A DNA stretch of 63,799 bases, filler included, from Reclinomonas americana ATCC 50394 (taxonomy: Eukaryota): assembly GCA_048213135.1 (NCBI GenBank). It is 6 parts of 5 records of this genome, joined end to end, with 100 filler letters (N's around TTAATTAATTAA, not from the genome) between each part and the next. Parts side by side here need not be neighbours in the genome. Positions count along the whole stretch, not along the records: positions 1 to 5,882 come from PS015319.1; positions 5,983 to 10,161 come from PS015319.1; positions 10,262 to 32,547 come from PS015320.1; 3 more parts are not named here. The stretch is one strand, 5' to 3'. This document shows positions 1-13,343 of the stretch, piece by piece. Every line of letters begins with the position of its first letter. Positions within the stretch are counted from its first letter, which is position 1. The notes below the pieces were generated by a model, which saw nothing but the letters and a program-made list of their open reading frames with translations, did not search any database and was not told where the DNA came from. A program made the translations under genes and the position numbers.

Positions 1-3000
1 TGCGCCTCAAGCTCCACCACTCGCTCCCGCCACTGCTTGCGCTCCTTCAAAAAGTCGGACTCGCGCTGCCGATATACCTCCTCCATGCGGATCACCAAGT
101 GGCTCTCCTGCTCATGTCGCTCCTGCTCGTGTTGCTGATGCAGCAAAGCGGCCACGCGTTCGGCCAGGTTCTCGGACGACGTCACGAGATCCTCCATGGT
201 CTCACGGTGGTTCAGCAGGCGTTCGTTGGAGGCCAGGGCGTTGCTGCGGGAGGGGAAAGGGGAAGAGGTGAGGGAGAAGGTGAGGGAAGAGGTGAGGGAA
301 GAGGTGAGGGAAGAGGTGAGGGAAGAGGTGAGGAAGAGGTGANNNNNNNNNNNNNNNNNNNNNNNNNNNNNNNNNNNNNNNNNNNNNNNNNNNNNNNNNN
401 NNNNNNNNNNNNNNNNNNNNNNNNNNNNNNNNNNNNNNNNNNNNNNNNNNNNNNNNNNNNNNNNNNNNNNNNNNNNNNNNNNNNNNNNNNNNNNNNNNNN
501 NNNGGGAAGAGGTGCGGGAAGAGGTGAGAGAGAAGGTGAGGAAAAGGTGATGGAGAAGGTGAGGAAATGGTGATGAGAAGGTGATGGAGAAGGTGAGGGA
601 GAGGGTGAGTGACGATGTGAGGGAAAAGGTGAGGGAGAAGGTGAAGGAAGAGAAGATAGACAATGTGGGAGAAATGGTAACAGAGTATATGAGGGAAGTG
701 GTGAGGGAAGAGGTGAGGAAAAAGGGTAGCCAGAGGGTGAGGGAGAGATGATGGAGAAGGTGAAGGAGAGGGTGAGGGCAAAGACGAGAGAGACGGTCAG
801 GGCGAAGGTGAGGGAAACGGTGAACGACATTATGAGCGAAATAGTGAAGGAAAAGTTGAGTGAGAGATAGGGAGGGAGAAGGTGAGAGAGAAGGCGACAG
901 TAGTGTGAATTGAAGTCACTCATTGGAGTGGAATGAGGGACTGCAGGTGATGTTATCAGACGCGAGAAGAGAGAGAAATATAGAAAGAGAAAGAGAGAGA
1001 AAAATAGAAAGAGAGAAGCAGAGAAGAGAGAAAGAGAGAGNNNNNNNNNNNNNNNNNNNNAGAAAGAAAGAAAGAAAGAGAGAAAGAGAGAAAGGAAGAA
1101 AGGAAGAAAGAAAGAGAGAAAGAGAAAAAGAGAGAAAGAAAGGAGAGAGAGTGTGAGAGTGAGAGTGAGAGAGCCGAGAGACAGAATCGACTTCCTTGCC
1201 CTTCCGTCGCCGCCTTCTCCTCTTCCACTCTTCCCCTCCTCTTCCCTAATTGATGCCTGTCTGTGCGTACGCAACACCAGCTGCCGGCAAACATGTTGAT
1301 ACTCGTGGCGCAGCTCCTGAATATGCTGCCCGTACTCGCGCTCCATGATCTCGCGAACGCTGCGCACTGAGTTGTCCACACTGCAAATAGAGTGAAAGTG
1401 AGTATTACCAGTCACCTTTAACCTTCTCCACGTTTTCGCGCACTCACTTTTCCGTGACATCACGCGTGTACTTGATTAGGCAGCGGAACAAGTCGGCGGT
1501 CGTACACCTGACAATCTCCATCAGGTGGCCCCTTTGCACCGAGGTGGTCAGTGTCTGTCTGGTGAGCTCCGACAGCGGCACATCGACCAGTGCATCCCAC
1601 AGCTTGTAAAACGTGTCGGCTACGTCGTAGCCGTTCGCGCCTGAAGTCTCCGGGTGCTGAATGATCTGCAAGAGATCACCGTGCTCGGCTGCCAGCTGGT
1701 CCATGGCACGACCGAGCAGGAGGACTTCTAGTCTGCCAGATGGGTTGTCCGAGGGGAACAGTGGTGTCACCGATGTTGCGCGCTGCGAGAAGTGGTTGAG
1801 TGTAAACCATTGAGAATTCGACTGAGAAGGAATTTGTGCACACCTGCTTCCCCGTACTCGGAGCCAGCACCTCTGCGAGTGAGTTGCCAGTGGAAGCCGA
1901 CGACGAGACGTGATGGACGTGTAATCTGGTAACATCGCTCCAGGTGAGTATCCTGTGCTGATTTTCGCTGATTTCTCTTGTCTCACCTTTGTGGAATTCG
2001 ACTTGGTGGCAGCGTTGCAGCCTTCTCGCCACCCTCCGTGTTGAGAGCAAACGCTGGCCCGTTATCGATAAAGGCAATGAGGTTGCTGCATTCGCTGACT
2101 GGTGGCGATTGTGGTCGCTCCGACTCGGTCTGTTGTTTTCACCTGTGGTCAGCAGCAAGCGCAACACACCACACACACTCACTCGCTTTCCACGCACCTC
2201 TGCCTGTCGAGCAGAGCCGGCCGAGCTAATGGCATCCAATCGCGCTTGTATCGGTTCGGGTGTGCACAGCACTCCACGCACTCGCATGTCCTCCGCAATG
2301 TGCTGCGCGAGCATCTTGCTCTGCAGGAACGACATGCCAAGATCCATGCCCTGCTCGTGCGTGAGTACTCTGCGCACGTCTGAAGAGGCTATTATCATCG
2401 AGGCACACCTTCATCTTGATTTGCCGCTGCAGCGCCGTCAGCTGCTCGACTTCGTGCCACTGGTCGGTGGCGGCGGCAATCTTTTGCAGCTGCGACAGAG
2501 TCTCCGACACGTCCATCTGTGGGGTTACGACTCGTGAGCAAGCTAGTTCACGCAAGACCGATTGGCATTGTTCCTCGCACGCACCACAGCATGCACGGCA
2601 GCAATCTCATTGGCAGAGGCGGCGTCGCACGAGTCGCCCGCAAACTCGCCCTCGTCACCTTGCCATGGCGCGTCGCGCTCTTGTTGTGCAGATTGACCGG
2701 CGGCGGCTTCCTGCTTGCTGCGCTGCAGGTCCTTCAAGTGCCGTTGCAGGGAGGCGGCGGTGATCACGCCATTGGTGGTCTCACTGGCGGAGTCGAGACC
2801 GGCCAGTGCTCTGCACCACAGAAGGAGTAAGCACAAGTGATGGTGACAGGTACGCTATCAGTGTGGCAAACCGCGCAGAATCCAGTGGCCAGTCCGCGTC
2901 GCTCAGCAGACCGTCGTCGCTCGCCGCAGCAGTCTTCGACTTGTTTCCGTGCATCATTTGCAACACCCTGTGCAATCCCGTGTCAAAACAATGGACGTCG

Positions 3001-5573
3001 CGACGCATCGTGAATCGCCGATGCACTCAACTGCTGACTCGATGTGGCCTCCGGCTTCAGTCGGCACAGATACTCGGCAATGCTGCCGCACTCGAGGAAG
3101 GCCTTGGGGGCGGCTGGCCGTGGCACCTCTGCTTGCGACGTGGGCTCGGTGGAGGTGCGGCCGGTTTTCATGGCCTTGCGGACGATGGGTGGGGTTGGAG
3201 GGTGTACTTCCGTGAGCGAGGGGATGAGTTTCTCTCGTGGAGGTCTGCGGAAGGGGAAGGAGAAGGCAAAGGGGTAAGAAGGGGTAAGAAGGGGAAGGGG
3301 GAAAGGAGGAAGGGGGAGGGGGGTAAGAAGGGGAAGGGAAGTGGGGAGAGGAGGGGGAGGGGAGAGAGGAGGGAGAGAGACTGAGGGATGGAGAGGGAAA
3401 GATGGAGAGGGGGAAAGAGGGAAAGGGGAAAGGGGGAACGGGCGAAAGGGGGAAGGAGGAAGAGGGAAGGGAAAGAGAGGACGGGAAGGGAGAGAGAGGA
3501 GGGAGGGGGACTGAGGGATGGAGAGGAGAAAGGAATTGAATGGCGAAAGGGAACGAGTTGGGACGGATTAAGAGGAAGGGATGGCGAGGGAGACTTAGAG
3601 AGAGTATGAGAAGCTGGAATGGATAACGAAAAAGGGAAGGGAAGGGGAGTCAGGACCGGAGAGAGAGGAGGACAGACTGAGGGTGGTGAGGGAAGATGGG
3701 AGTGGAAGAATGGAGAGGGAGAGATGGAGAGGGCAGGAACGGGGAGGACGGCATGTAAAGGTACGAAAGAAGTGGGGAAAGAAAATCATTGGCGACAGGG
3801 AACGAAGAGGCACGGATTGAGAAGAAGGGAACGAATAAGCGCAGATTTGAGAGGGAGGGAAGACATAGATGGGAGAAAGAAGGGCGAGAATGGAAGCGAG
3901 GGATGGTGGAAGAGGAAGAAGGCTCTGTGAGGCGGATTAGGGTGGCGGTGGCCTGCAGAGAGGCGTGGAAGGGAGAAGAGTGTGTGAGGGGAAGGATGAG
4001 AGAAGGAAGAGGGAACAGGGAAGAGAGAAGAGGAAGAGGGAAGAGAGAAGAAAAAAGTCTGTGAACGGGAGGAAGTGAGAGGGAAGAAGAAGGAAGAGAG
4101 TGAGGAAGGAAGAGAAAAGAAGGAAGAGAGTGAACGAGTTGGCGAGGGAGGAAGGACCAGGTGGAGGTGAGTGGAGAAATAGTGGGAAATCAATATTGAC
4201 GGGCGATGATGAGGGATAGATGAGGAATGATGGTTGAAGAGAGAATAACAGACAGATACGAGGTGAAACAGACAGTGAAAATAGAGGCACGCTGACGCAT
4301 CCACAAGGTGATACTCTCGCTCCCCTGTCGCTCCCTTTCTACTCACTCTTGTCGCTCCTTCGGCTCCCATCGGAAGGAGAGAGAGCTCTCACTTCGTCCA
4401 CTGTGTCCACCACCACCACCACCACCAGTTGTGCCGCCAATGCCACTGCCCATCTTCTTCATGAGATTGTCGGTGGACGGCAGCAGTTTGATCGGTGATC
4501 GTCGCTGCTTCTGCGGTGTCTTCCACGCCGCACTGCCGCCCATTGGCGGACCAGGCGGAGCCATGAACGTCGGATCGACATTGGAGGCCATGGACTGCAT
4601 GAGCAAAGTGAGTGAGAGGCAGACTCCACTGAACAGAGTGGAATAAGTGAGAGATCGCACCTCCAATTCCGTGTAGACATCGCGATCTGGTGCGTCGAGC
4701 ATGGCATACAGACTGCGCCGATGCCCGGAATTGGGAGCCGCCGCAAACTGCGACATGTCCACCTGCGGCAACATCTCCAGCGACTTGGAGGCCAGTGGAG
4801 TGGTGCGAGCAGACGACGACTGTTCTTATCGAGTAAGACACACACTTGTGTGAAACGCAACAACGAAGAGCAGCGCAACTCCACTTGGCGGTCTCCGTCG
4901 GCTCTTACTGGGCGACACCGAAGCCTCTTGTCGCGCATGCTCTCGCACGCGTTGCATCTTGGACGCTGAACAATTTAACATAGAGAAACAAGAGCGGCAT
5001 CAATTTAGCTTGAACCGGGCATGATAACCAATTTACACACACACGCAGCATCTCTCGGCACCCGCCCTCTTGGTAACACACACGCACACACGCGCAAAAA
5101 AGATGCACACACATACAGACACACGCACATACTAACTCAAGCAGATACGACACGAGCGACAGAAGTCACAAGGCGTGACTATCCGTCACCTGCAGACGCC
5201 TTTTTCCTCTCAAACCCACTGCTCGCGCTCTCTTACATACACGTACACTCTGGCAGGCATACTACCGCACACAGGCACACTCATACATACACACACTCGA
5301 CGAAGAAGGACACCATGCGTGCCGGTTGACCATATTCGGGAACAGCATTGCCTCTCTCTCTTCCACTCTCTCCTCTCACCACTCACCTGGAAACAACGAC
5401 GCAGCAGCATCAGCAACCGCCGCAATCGCGCCCTCTCCTCGTCCTCGCGGAGTGTAGGACACCACACCTGTGCTGATCTCCAGTGACACCCCGCCACTTC
5501 CTGTCATTGCCATTGCTCTCTCATTGCCAGTGGCAGTGGTGGTAACGCTCACTGGCGTCGTCACTCCGGCCAT
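1..5573 (-). CDS. Axonemal dynein light chain domain-containing protein (AXDND1-like), multi-exon, 3' end runs off the window
   Basis: About 14 GT-AG exons splice in frame from MAGVTTPV (ATG 5573). The core LFPSDNPSGRLEVLLLGRAMDQL...LSELTRQTLTTSVQRGHLMEIVR resembles the Ax_dynein_light motif (ELIRQV...RGxLLxxVR) and the AXDND1 LFPS..P..R.EV segment. Coiled-coil exons follow (1276-1381, 1-244). Confidence 0.7.
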
Positions 5574-5815
5574 CTCTTTTTTGCGATGTTTGTTGACTTT
5601 TCTCGCGTTTTGATGCAAAGTGCAACGGCACATGTCCATCCGTCGGTTCGGGCGGTGGATTGCTCTCACTGAGAAATGGCGGACGTGGGCGAGGTGGGAG
5701 GAAGTGGGATAAGAGGTGTGTTAAAAGGGAAAGAGGAAGGGAAAGGGGGAAGGAGGGGAAGAAAGAGAGAAAAGGGGGAGAATTTGAAGAATAGTTGTGT
5801 TTTCTGAGGTTGAGA

Positions 5816-5853
<38 letters not shown>

Positions 5854-5882
5854 GAGGAAGAGAGAGGAGAGAGGAAGAGAGA

Positions 5883-5982
5883 NNNNNNNNNNNNNNNNNN
5901 NNNNNNNNNNNNNNNNNNNNNNNNNNTTAATTAATTAANNNNNNNNNNNNNNNNNNNNNNNNNNNNNNNNNNNNNNNNNNNN
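5883..5982. other. Artificial scaffold spacer (N-TTAATTAATTAA-N, stops in six frames)
   Basis: The same ~100-nt linker recurs at ~10162-10260, 32548-32647, 57937-58036 and 61045-61144. Confidence 0.97.
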
Positions 5983-5999
5983 CTTCTTCGTTCGTCGTC

Positions 6000-6048
<49 letters not shown>

Positions 6049-6254
6049 CTGTCTCTCCTTCTGCTCCTTCTCCTCTTCCCCCTCTTCTCACCTTCTCCTT
6101 CCCCTTCGCCTCCTTCCTCTCCTCTCCTCCCCTCCCACCATCCCTCCCTCCCTCCCTTACTCCATTCCTTCTCTCTCTCTCATCACCTTCTCCTTCCCCT
6201 TATCCTCCTTCCCCTCCTCCCCCTCTTCTCACACCTCCTTCCCTCGACCCCCAG

Positions 6255-9200
6255 TTGGGCGGAGAACGTACAATTCCCCATCAACCTATGCGACCTGCCG
6301 ATCGACACGGTGCTGGCGCTGACCGTGTGGGACACATTTGCGCCGCATCGCGCCGTGCCCGTCGGCGGCACGACGGTATCACTCTTTCGCAAAAAGAGGT
6401 TTGTTTATGTTGTCTTCCTCCTCCTCCCTTGCTGTCCCCCACCAACCTCATTTTTTTCCTCGTTGGCAGCTCGCTGCTGCGCAGTGGCGCACAGTGCCTG
6501 CGCATTCATCTCAACCGCACCGCCGATCCGCGACTGGAGAGCGACACGCCAGCCTCCATCAAGGAGAAGAGCGACAATCAGCGGTTAACCAAGGTGTGCT
6601 GGCGGCGCAGCACATATTGGGTGTGCCTCTCCTGTGTCCTCACTCGGTGCTGCAGTCCTTTCATCGCTTCCAAACCGGCTGTCTACCGCAAATGACGTGG
6701 CTCGACCTGCTTTTCTACAAGGAGATGAATCGGCGGCAAAAGGTACGCTTCCTCGTGCGCACATGTGCCCGGATTGTGTCAACGTGCTGATCAAATAAAC
6801 CCGCAGGCCGCCCTCTTGGACGGCGACACCGTGTTCCTCAACGTCACACTGCCGGCGTTCAACGGTCCGGTCATGTTTGCGGAGAAGAAGCAGGAGTATC
6901 CGCCGCTGACGGGCGTCGGTCGCCCGTTCTACGGCAAGTCGTTGAAGGATGCCGAGGCGCTGGTGCAGGCGGGCAGTGTGCTGACGCCCGGAGCGGTTCC
7001 TCGTTGCGTTGAAAAGGGGAAGGAGAAGGGGGAAGGAGAAGGGGGAAGGAAGAGGGGGAAGGAGAAGGGAGAAGGAGAAGGAGGGAAAGGAGAAGGGGGA
7101 AGGAGTAGGGAGAAGGAGAAGGAGGGAAAGAGAAGGGGAAAGGACAAGGGGAGCAGGAGAAGGTTGAAGGAAAAGGGTGAAGGAGAAGGGAGAAGGAGCA
7201 AGGGAAAGGTGAAGGTGGACGGAAAAGAGGTTGAGAATGGTGAAGCAGAAGGGGGAAGGAGAAGGGGGAATTTGCAAGGGGGAGGAGAGCATGATCACGA
7301 GGAGACCGCAGTGTTGTTTCTAACGACGCCATTACCTCTCGTAGGCACGGTCTCCACTGCAAGTGCGGCGGCTCCGGCAACTGCGGCGGCAGGTGGCAGC
7401 GGTGGCCCGGGTGGATTCGCGGGTCCTGGAGCACCTCGAAGGAAATTGATCGATCCTGCCATTGATCAAGACAGTGCGGTGGAGGCGCTGTATGTCCGTC
7501 TGGCGGTCTCCATGTCCACGCATCACGCGCAGGGAATGCGTGATTTGCGGCCGGACGCCTCGGAGAGGCAGCAGTTGGAGGTGCTTCCGTAAGTGCTCTT
7601 TTTATTCCTCTCCTTTTCTGTGCTGACCGTGACCGTGGGCACAGCGCATCATCAACGCCCCACCGATCGGCAGCATCCCGGCGCATGCGCGCGAGTTGCT
7701 GTGGCAGTATCGGTATTTCTTGTCCAGCAGATACCCAAAGGTGAGCGGGGAGAGAGAGATATAGGGAGAGGGGAGAGGGGAGAGGGGAGAGGGGAAAGGG
7801 GAGAGGGAGAGAGAAAAGGAGAGGGGAAGAGAGAGAGAGGAGGACGGAAGAGACATAAGAGGGCAAGAGACAAGAGGGCGGGAGAGAGAGGAGTGTGGAA
7901 GAGAGAGAATAAAGAGAGAGGAGGAGAGAGATAGAGGGAGAGAGGAGGGCGGGTGGGCGAGAGAGAAGGGAGGACGCGAGAGAGAAAACGAGGAAGGCGA
8001 GACGCAAAAAGGAATGAGCGAGAGAGTGCAGGGAAGAGAAGCAAGGGAGAGAGAGAGAGAGAAGTGCAGTTCAAGTTACTCATCATTTCCCCCGTCACAG
8101 GCACTCGTCAAATTCCTGCGCTCGGTGGACTGGAAGAAAGACGACGAGCGACGTGAAGCCGTCTCAATCACCAACGAGTGGATGGCCATTGAAATCGCCG
8201 ATGCTCTCGAGCTGCTGTCGCGTGAGTTTTCCGCGAATCAGTTTGTGCGCAAGTATGCCGTGAGCCAGCTGGGATCGACGTCGCCCGAGGTCATGTCGTG
8301 GTGTCTGCTGTTAGTGCGAGAAGCAGTGACTGACTTGCGCGCGACAACCAGAACTTGAGTCACTACTTGCTGCCGCTGGTGCAGGCGCTGCGCTACGAGT
8401 CCAGTGAGGAGGGCAGTGGGTTGGATGAGTTTTTGGTGTCGCACACCATTGGTCATCGGGATTTGCTGTCGCAGTTGTACTGGTGAGGGTGAAGGGGAAG
8501 GGCGGGTGGGGGAAGGGAGGAAGGAGGGAGGGGGGAAGGGAGGTATGGGAGGGAGGGAGTGAGGGTGGTAAAGAAGAGGAGAAGGAAGTGTGGAAGGGAG
8601 GAAGGGAGGAGGGAAGGGAGGTATGGGAAGGAGGGGAGGAAGAAGGGAGGTATGGGAAGGAGGGTGAGGTTGGTCAAGGAGAGGAAAAGGAAGGGAGGAA
8701 GGGAGGAAGGGTTGAGTAAGTCAAGGGGACCGAGGGAGGGAGGGAAGGCAGTGAGGGAAGAGATTTATTGAGGCAGAGTCAATTTGAGGAAAGAATAGAA
8801 TGTGAAAGGCAGTGAGGGAATGAGGAAGCGGGCAAGCAGGGAAGGTTGGGAAGGGAGCAGAGGAACAAAGAGAGAGAAGGAGTGGAAGGTTGGAAGGCAA
8901 GGGAGGAATGGAGAAGAAAAGAGGAGATAGTTGAGAGCGGGAAGTAGGGTGGAAGTGGGTCGAAAAGACGAAGAGAGCCAGGGTTAATTGGACGAGGAAG
9001 GCAGTAAGGGGAAAGGGGGAAGGAAGGATTTATCGATTCTCGCCTTTGCAGTCGATAGCCTGACTGCTTTGTTCACTCAGTGTGCTCGCGCATTCTGCTC
9101 TCTTGGTCTCTTCCTCGCTGTCTTTGCTTTCTGCTTGCGCTCTATATCTTTTCTGCTTCCCTCTTTATTGGTGTATTCTTCCCTTGTTCCTTCCTCCTTT

Positions 9201-9823
9201 CCTTGCTCATGATGCATTCCTGTACAGGTATCTGAAAGTGGAGGCGGAGGACGAATCATCTGCGGGTATATTCGAACGCGTGCGACTGCGATTGGAGGCC
9301 GAATTGCGTCAAGTTGCGTCTCCTGCCACTTGCGGTGACGCGTCACTGTGGTGCTTACTTTCCGTGCCCGTCGCAGACACCACAAGGCCAGCAGTCGCTC
9401 GACTTGCTGAAGCGACAAGATCGCCTCGTGCAGTTCTTGGACTCGTTGCCGACGTACATTAAGAACTTGAAGGGTGATCGCCCGCGCAAGATTCGCCAGT
9501 TGCAGGATGACATTCGTGGGGGGAGGCTGGCCATGGATGATTTGTTCAGTGAGTGTGGGGAAGGGGGCAGAGAGGAGTAGAGAAAAGGGCCACGGCTGAC
9601 GAGTTGTATTGCAGCGCATTCGGGTCGCACGTATGCTTGCACACTGCCGCTTGCTCCGCACATTCCGCTCGTGAGCATCATCCCTGGTGAGTGGTGACAT
9701 TTGTCTGCAAGGTGATCGTCTGTGTTGCTGATGCGTGGTGCCGCAGACGAGGTATTCATCTTCAAGAGCGCCAAGCACCCGGTGCGCATCACCTTCCGCA
9801 CGCTGGATCGGCAGTTGTACTCG
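6255..9823 (+). CDS. VPS34: Class III phosphatidylinositol 3-kinase Vps34, partial (C2 and helical domains, start of kinase domain)
   Basis: Spliced product contains DLPIDTVLALTVWD...VPVGGTTVSLF, WLDLLFYKE, ALVKFLRSVDW, IEIADALELLS, YLLPLVQALRYE, LYWYLKVE, LPLAPHI and FKSAKHP. Truncated at both scaffold ends. Confidence 0.95.
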
Positions 9824-10260
9824 GTGAGTGCAGCGAGAGACGTGAGGGTCAAGGGCGTGTTGAGCTTTGGGGAAGCTGCTGATAACATATGCAGTTTTGA
9901 AACCTCTCTGTCTCTCCTTTACTTCTTGTCTCTTTGTCTCTGAGTCTCTCTTCTTTTCTTCTCTTCCCCCCCCTCCTCTCTCTCTATTTGCCGCACTTAG
10001 TGTCTCACTTTGTCTGTCTGTGTGCGTCTCTGTGTCTCTGTGTTCCTGTGTATCTCTGTGCGTCTGCCACTTTGCTCTCTTTGTACCACTCTTTGTCCTA
10101 TCTTTCACGTTGTCTCTTTTTCACCCATGCCCCTACTCTCTCTCTCTCTCTCTCTCTCTCTNNNNNNNNNNNNNNNNNNNNNNNNNNNNNNNNNNNNNNN
10201 NNNNNTTAATTAATTAANNNNNNNNNNNNNNNNNNNNNNNNNNNNNNNNNNNNNNNNNNN

Positions 10261-13200
10261 NTGGAGAGTGGCCCGGTGCCACTATCCGTCGACCGCACAG
10301 TCACCACGAGTCCGTTGCCGACTGTGCCAGCCGCGGTGATGCGCAGTTGACTGCCAGCGATGTTGAACAGTGCCGCATTCGTGCCGCCAACAATGGAATA
10401 GGTGAATGTCTGGCTCGAGTTGGCATCCGTGGTCGACAGAGTTCCCACCACCATGTTGGCTGTGGACGGCGGCGTGTACGTGGTCGCCGTAAGGCTGATA
10501 TTGCTCGGCGCCACGTTGGCTGCGATTGCAATCCGACACCAGTGAGTAAGTAAGACACATTGGGCTTTTCTAAAACATGCATCCCCACAAGACCTTCATC
10601 GATTGTAAACGTCTTATCTAAGAACAATGGGCCGGCGCCACTATCCGTCGTCCGCACAGTCACCACGAGTCCATTGCCGACCGTACCAGCAGCGGTGATG
10701 CGCAGTTGACTGCCGATAATATTGAACAGGGCTGCATTCGCGCCGCCAACGATGGAATAGGCGAAAGACTGGCCCGAGTTCACGTCCAATGTCGACAGCG
10801 TTCCCACCACCATGTTGGCTGTGGACGGCGGCGTGTATCTGGTCGCCGTGAGGCTGATGTTGCTGGGCGCCATGTTGACTACGTGTGTAACGAGGCACAG
10901 TCAGCGAGGGAAAAAACGAATACGGATATTGCAGTGCCTGACGAGACCTTCGCTGAGGGAAAATGTCTTCTCGACGAATAGTGTAGAGAAGGCGCTGTCG
11001 GTGGCGCGAACCTGAACGCTGAGGTTGTTGCCAGTGAGGCCAGTGTTGGTCGCACGAAGCTGGTTGGTTGAGATGTTGAACGCGGCGGCATTGGTGCCCC
11101 CTACGATGGTGTATGTGAAACGCTGACTGGCGCCCGCTCCAGTGGCATTAATGGTGGCCACTACCTGGTTCGCGACCGTCGGGAACAGGTACGTGGTGGC
11201 CGACAGCGTGATGTCAGTCGGAGCAACATTATCTATCACACATTGTGTGCGCGGGAGTGAGTGAGCGTGCAGAGGGGAAAAAGCCTCACAGAGAAGCACT
11301 CACCGGCAGTAATCGTAAACGTCTGGTCGATGTAGTTGCCTGCCGAGTCGGTGGCTCTTACTGTCACTGTTAGACTTGTTGAAGCCACTCCGTTGGTGCT
11401 AATGATAAGCGTGCTGTTGCCACTGATCGAAAACGAGGCACCATTGCCGCCGGCGACAACAGAGAAAGTAATGGTGTCGCCGACGGTGGGATCGATGGCA
11501 GACAGAGTGCCGACGACCGTGGACGTACCCGTCGATGGGGCAGTGTACCGATTGGCGGAGAGACTGATTGATGTGGGAGGTACGTTCCCTGCATCAACAA
11601 GAGGGTGAGAGGAGAAGGAGAGAGAGAGAGATGACGAGGGACAGCTCTCTCTGCGCTGTCTTGATCCCGGTGCAACACACCTGTGGCGCAACACGTCATT
11701 CCATTCGGAATGTAGGCGCCGGGTGCGCCGGTTGCCGAGTTTGTCGCATAGTCGATGCGTCCCCACCCCACGCCAGCACACGAGTCCACCCCGCTCTGCT
11801 TGAGCATGCAGTCGCTGCCGATGCCTGCAATGTCATTGGCGCTCGCACTGGCAAAGTTCAGCGGCTGACACACATTGGCGTCCTGGGCGGCTGGGACGGC
11901 GTAGCACCCCGGAATGGTTGTCGACGCCGTCGCATAGGGGACGGCGCGCAACACTGTGGAGCTTGCAGAGGAGCAAGGCGTGTATCGAATGCTGCGCCAA
12001 GGTGAGACGACGCGAAACCTCAGTGCCACATGCACGTGCACAACGAGCTTACCCGTTGCACAAGGCGGTGGCGGTGGCGTCCGTGACCGTTGTCCACGTG
12101 CCCGTGCACAAAGCCACAGAGCCAGCGTTGTTGGAGAACGAGTATGTAGGGACTGCCTGCGCACCGCATGCTGGGAGGAGGGGAAAGGGGAGGAGAGGGG
12201 GTCAATTGTCGAAGCTGTGCGCAGAACGATTTCAGCAGATGCTCACCAGTGGTGGGAGCCGATCCATTGGCGTCGCACTGCATCCGTGCGAGAGTGTGAG
12301 AGTCGCAGAGGAGCGGGGAAAAGGCGATACACCGACGCAACAGTGGCGTAAATGAGCTCAATGTAATCGACGATGGTGTCGTCGTTGACAACCACATCCA
12401 CCTGCCGTAGCGGTAACCGTGCACGTGAGGGACGGATGCAAGGAGCGGACTCACTTAGCTACCCTCTCCTCTCCCTCCACGCAACTCTCTGATTAGCATT
12501 GATCAGCGCCAGCAATCCGGTGGTGGTACTGACGTCCACCGTGAAGAGCACTCCTGTGGGGTACGTTGTGGTGGAGTAACCCGGCGCCTGTGTCGAGATC
12601 GCCTGCTTGTAGTTTGGTGTCTTCCACGTGGTGCCCGAATTATGCACGCCCACTTGCACGGTATCGTTGTCGGGAATGGAGGCGACGTTGTAGCCGGTGA
12701 CCAGGAGGCGAACAATAACCGACGACATGTTGCTGGGCAGGCCGGCAAACGTGGCCAACACGTTGGTGTCGACTCCGGTCGAGTCAAAGTCTTTGGCCGG
12801 CTTGATGCCGGCCGCCAGTGACGCCGACGGTGATGCGGGGTCTGCATGGAGAGAGAGTGATGAGCTGGAAGGAAGGAGGGGAGAGAATATCTCTGATGTG
12901 GAGGTGTCACAGGCGCATAAACAGGAATCGGGCGCGAAAAATCAATGTCGTTGAAAAGCGACCCCAATGCTGCCAGAAAACGCGCCCAGCACTGCCACTC
13001 ATTGTCTCCCACTCAGCAGAGTACTCACATGCTCACGCAAACGCACACAGACGCGCAAGAGAGAGAGAGAGAGTGATTGACGAGTGCGCAATCGAGATCT
13101 CTCTCGCTCATCACACTCATCACATTCATCTTCCCACAGTCACACACACTCACCTGTTGGTAGTGCAAAGTTGTCCTTGATGCCCTGCAACACGGTGGTT

Positions 13201-13343
13201 CCATAGCACGCCGACTGCACCGCGAGAGGCAAGCTGAAGGCGATCAAAGACAAGAGCAGCAGCAACAACAGTGGCAGTGGCGCAGATATCGGCGGTGTCA
13301 CGCGATGTGGTGGTGGTGGCCGTCTCCTTGCAGCACAGGCCAT
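10261..13343 (-). CDS. Secreted/surface protein: signal peptide, unknown N-terminal domain, Cys-rich module, at least 4 cadherin-like repeats; 3' truncated
   Basis: Hydrophobic leader LPLLLLLLLSLIAFSLPLAVQSA. Repeats follow N.AP..I.LS...GTLST.D...F.Y.IVGG.NAA.FNI.G.QLR...V.VR.TDSG, one repeat per exon with phase-1 introns. Confidence 0.85.

Noticed and set aside
245..1160. G/E/R-rich and S/L/P/H-rich ORFs here and throughout the window, including ORFs crossing N runs
   Set aside because: Translations of GA/CT/CA microsatellite introns and assembly gaps.
5927..5938. TTAATTAATTAA palindrome recurring five times
   Set aside because: Always centred in N runs: an artificial six-frame-stop linker, not biology.
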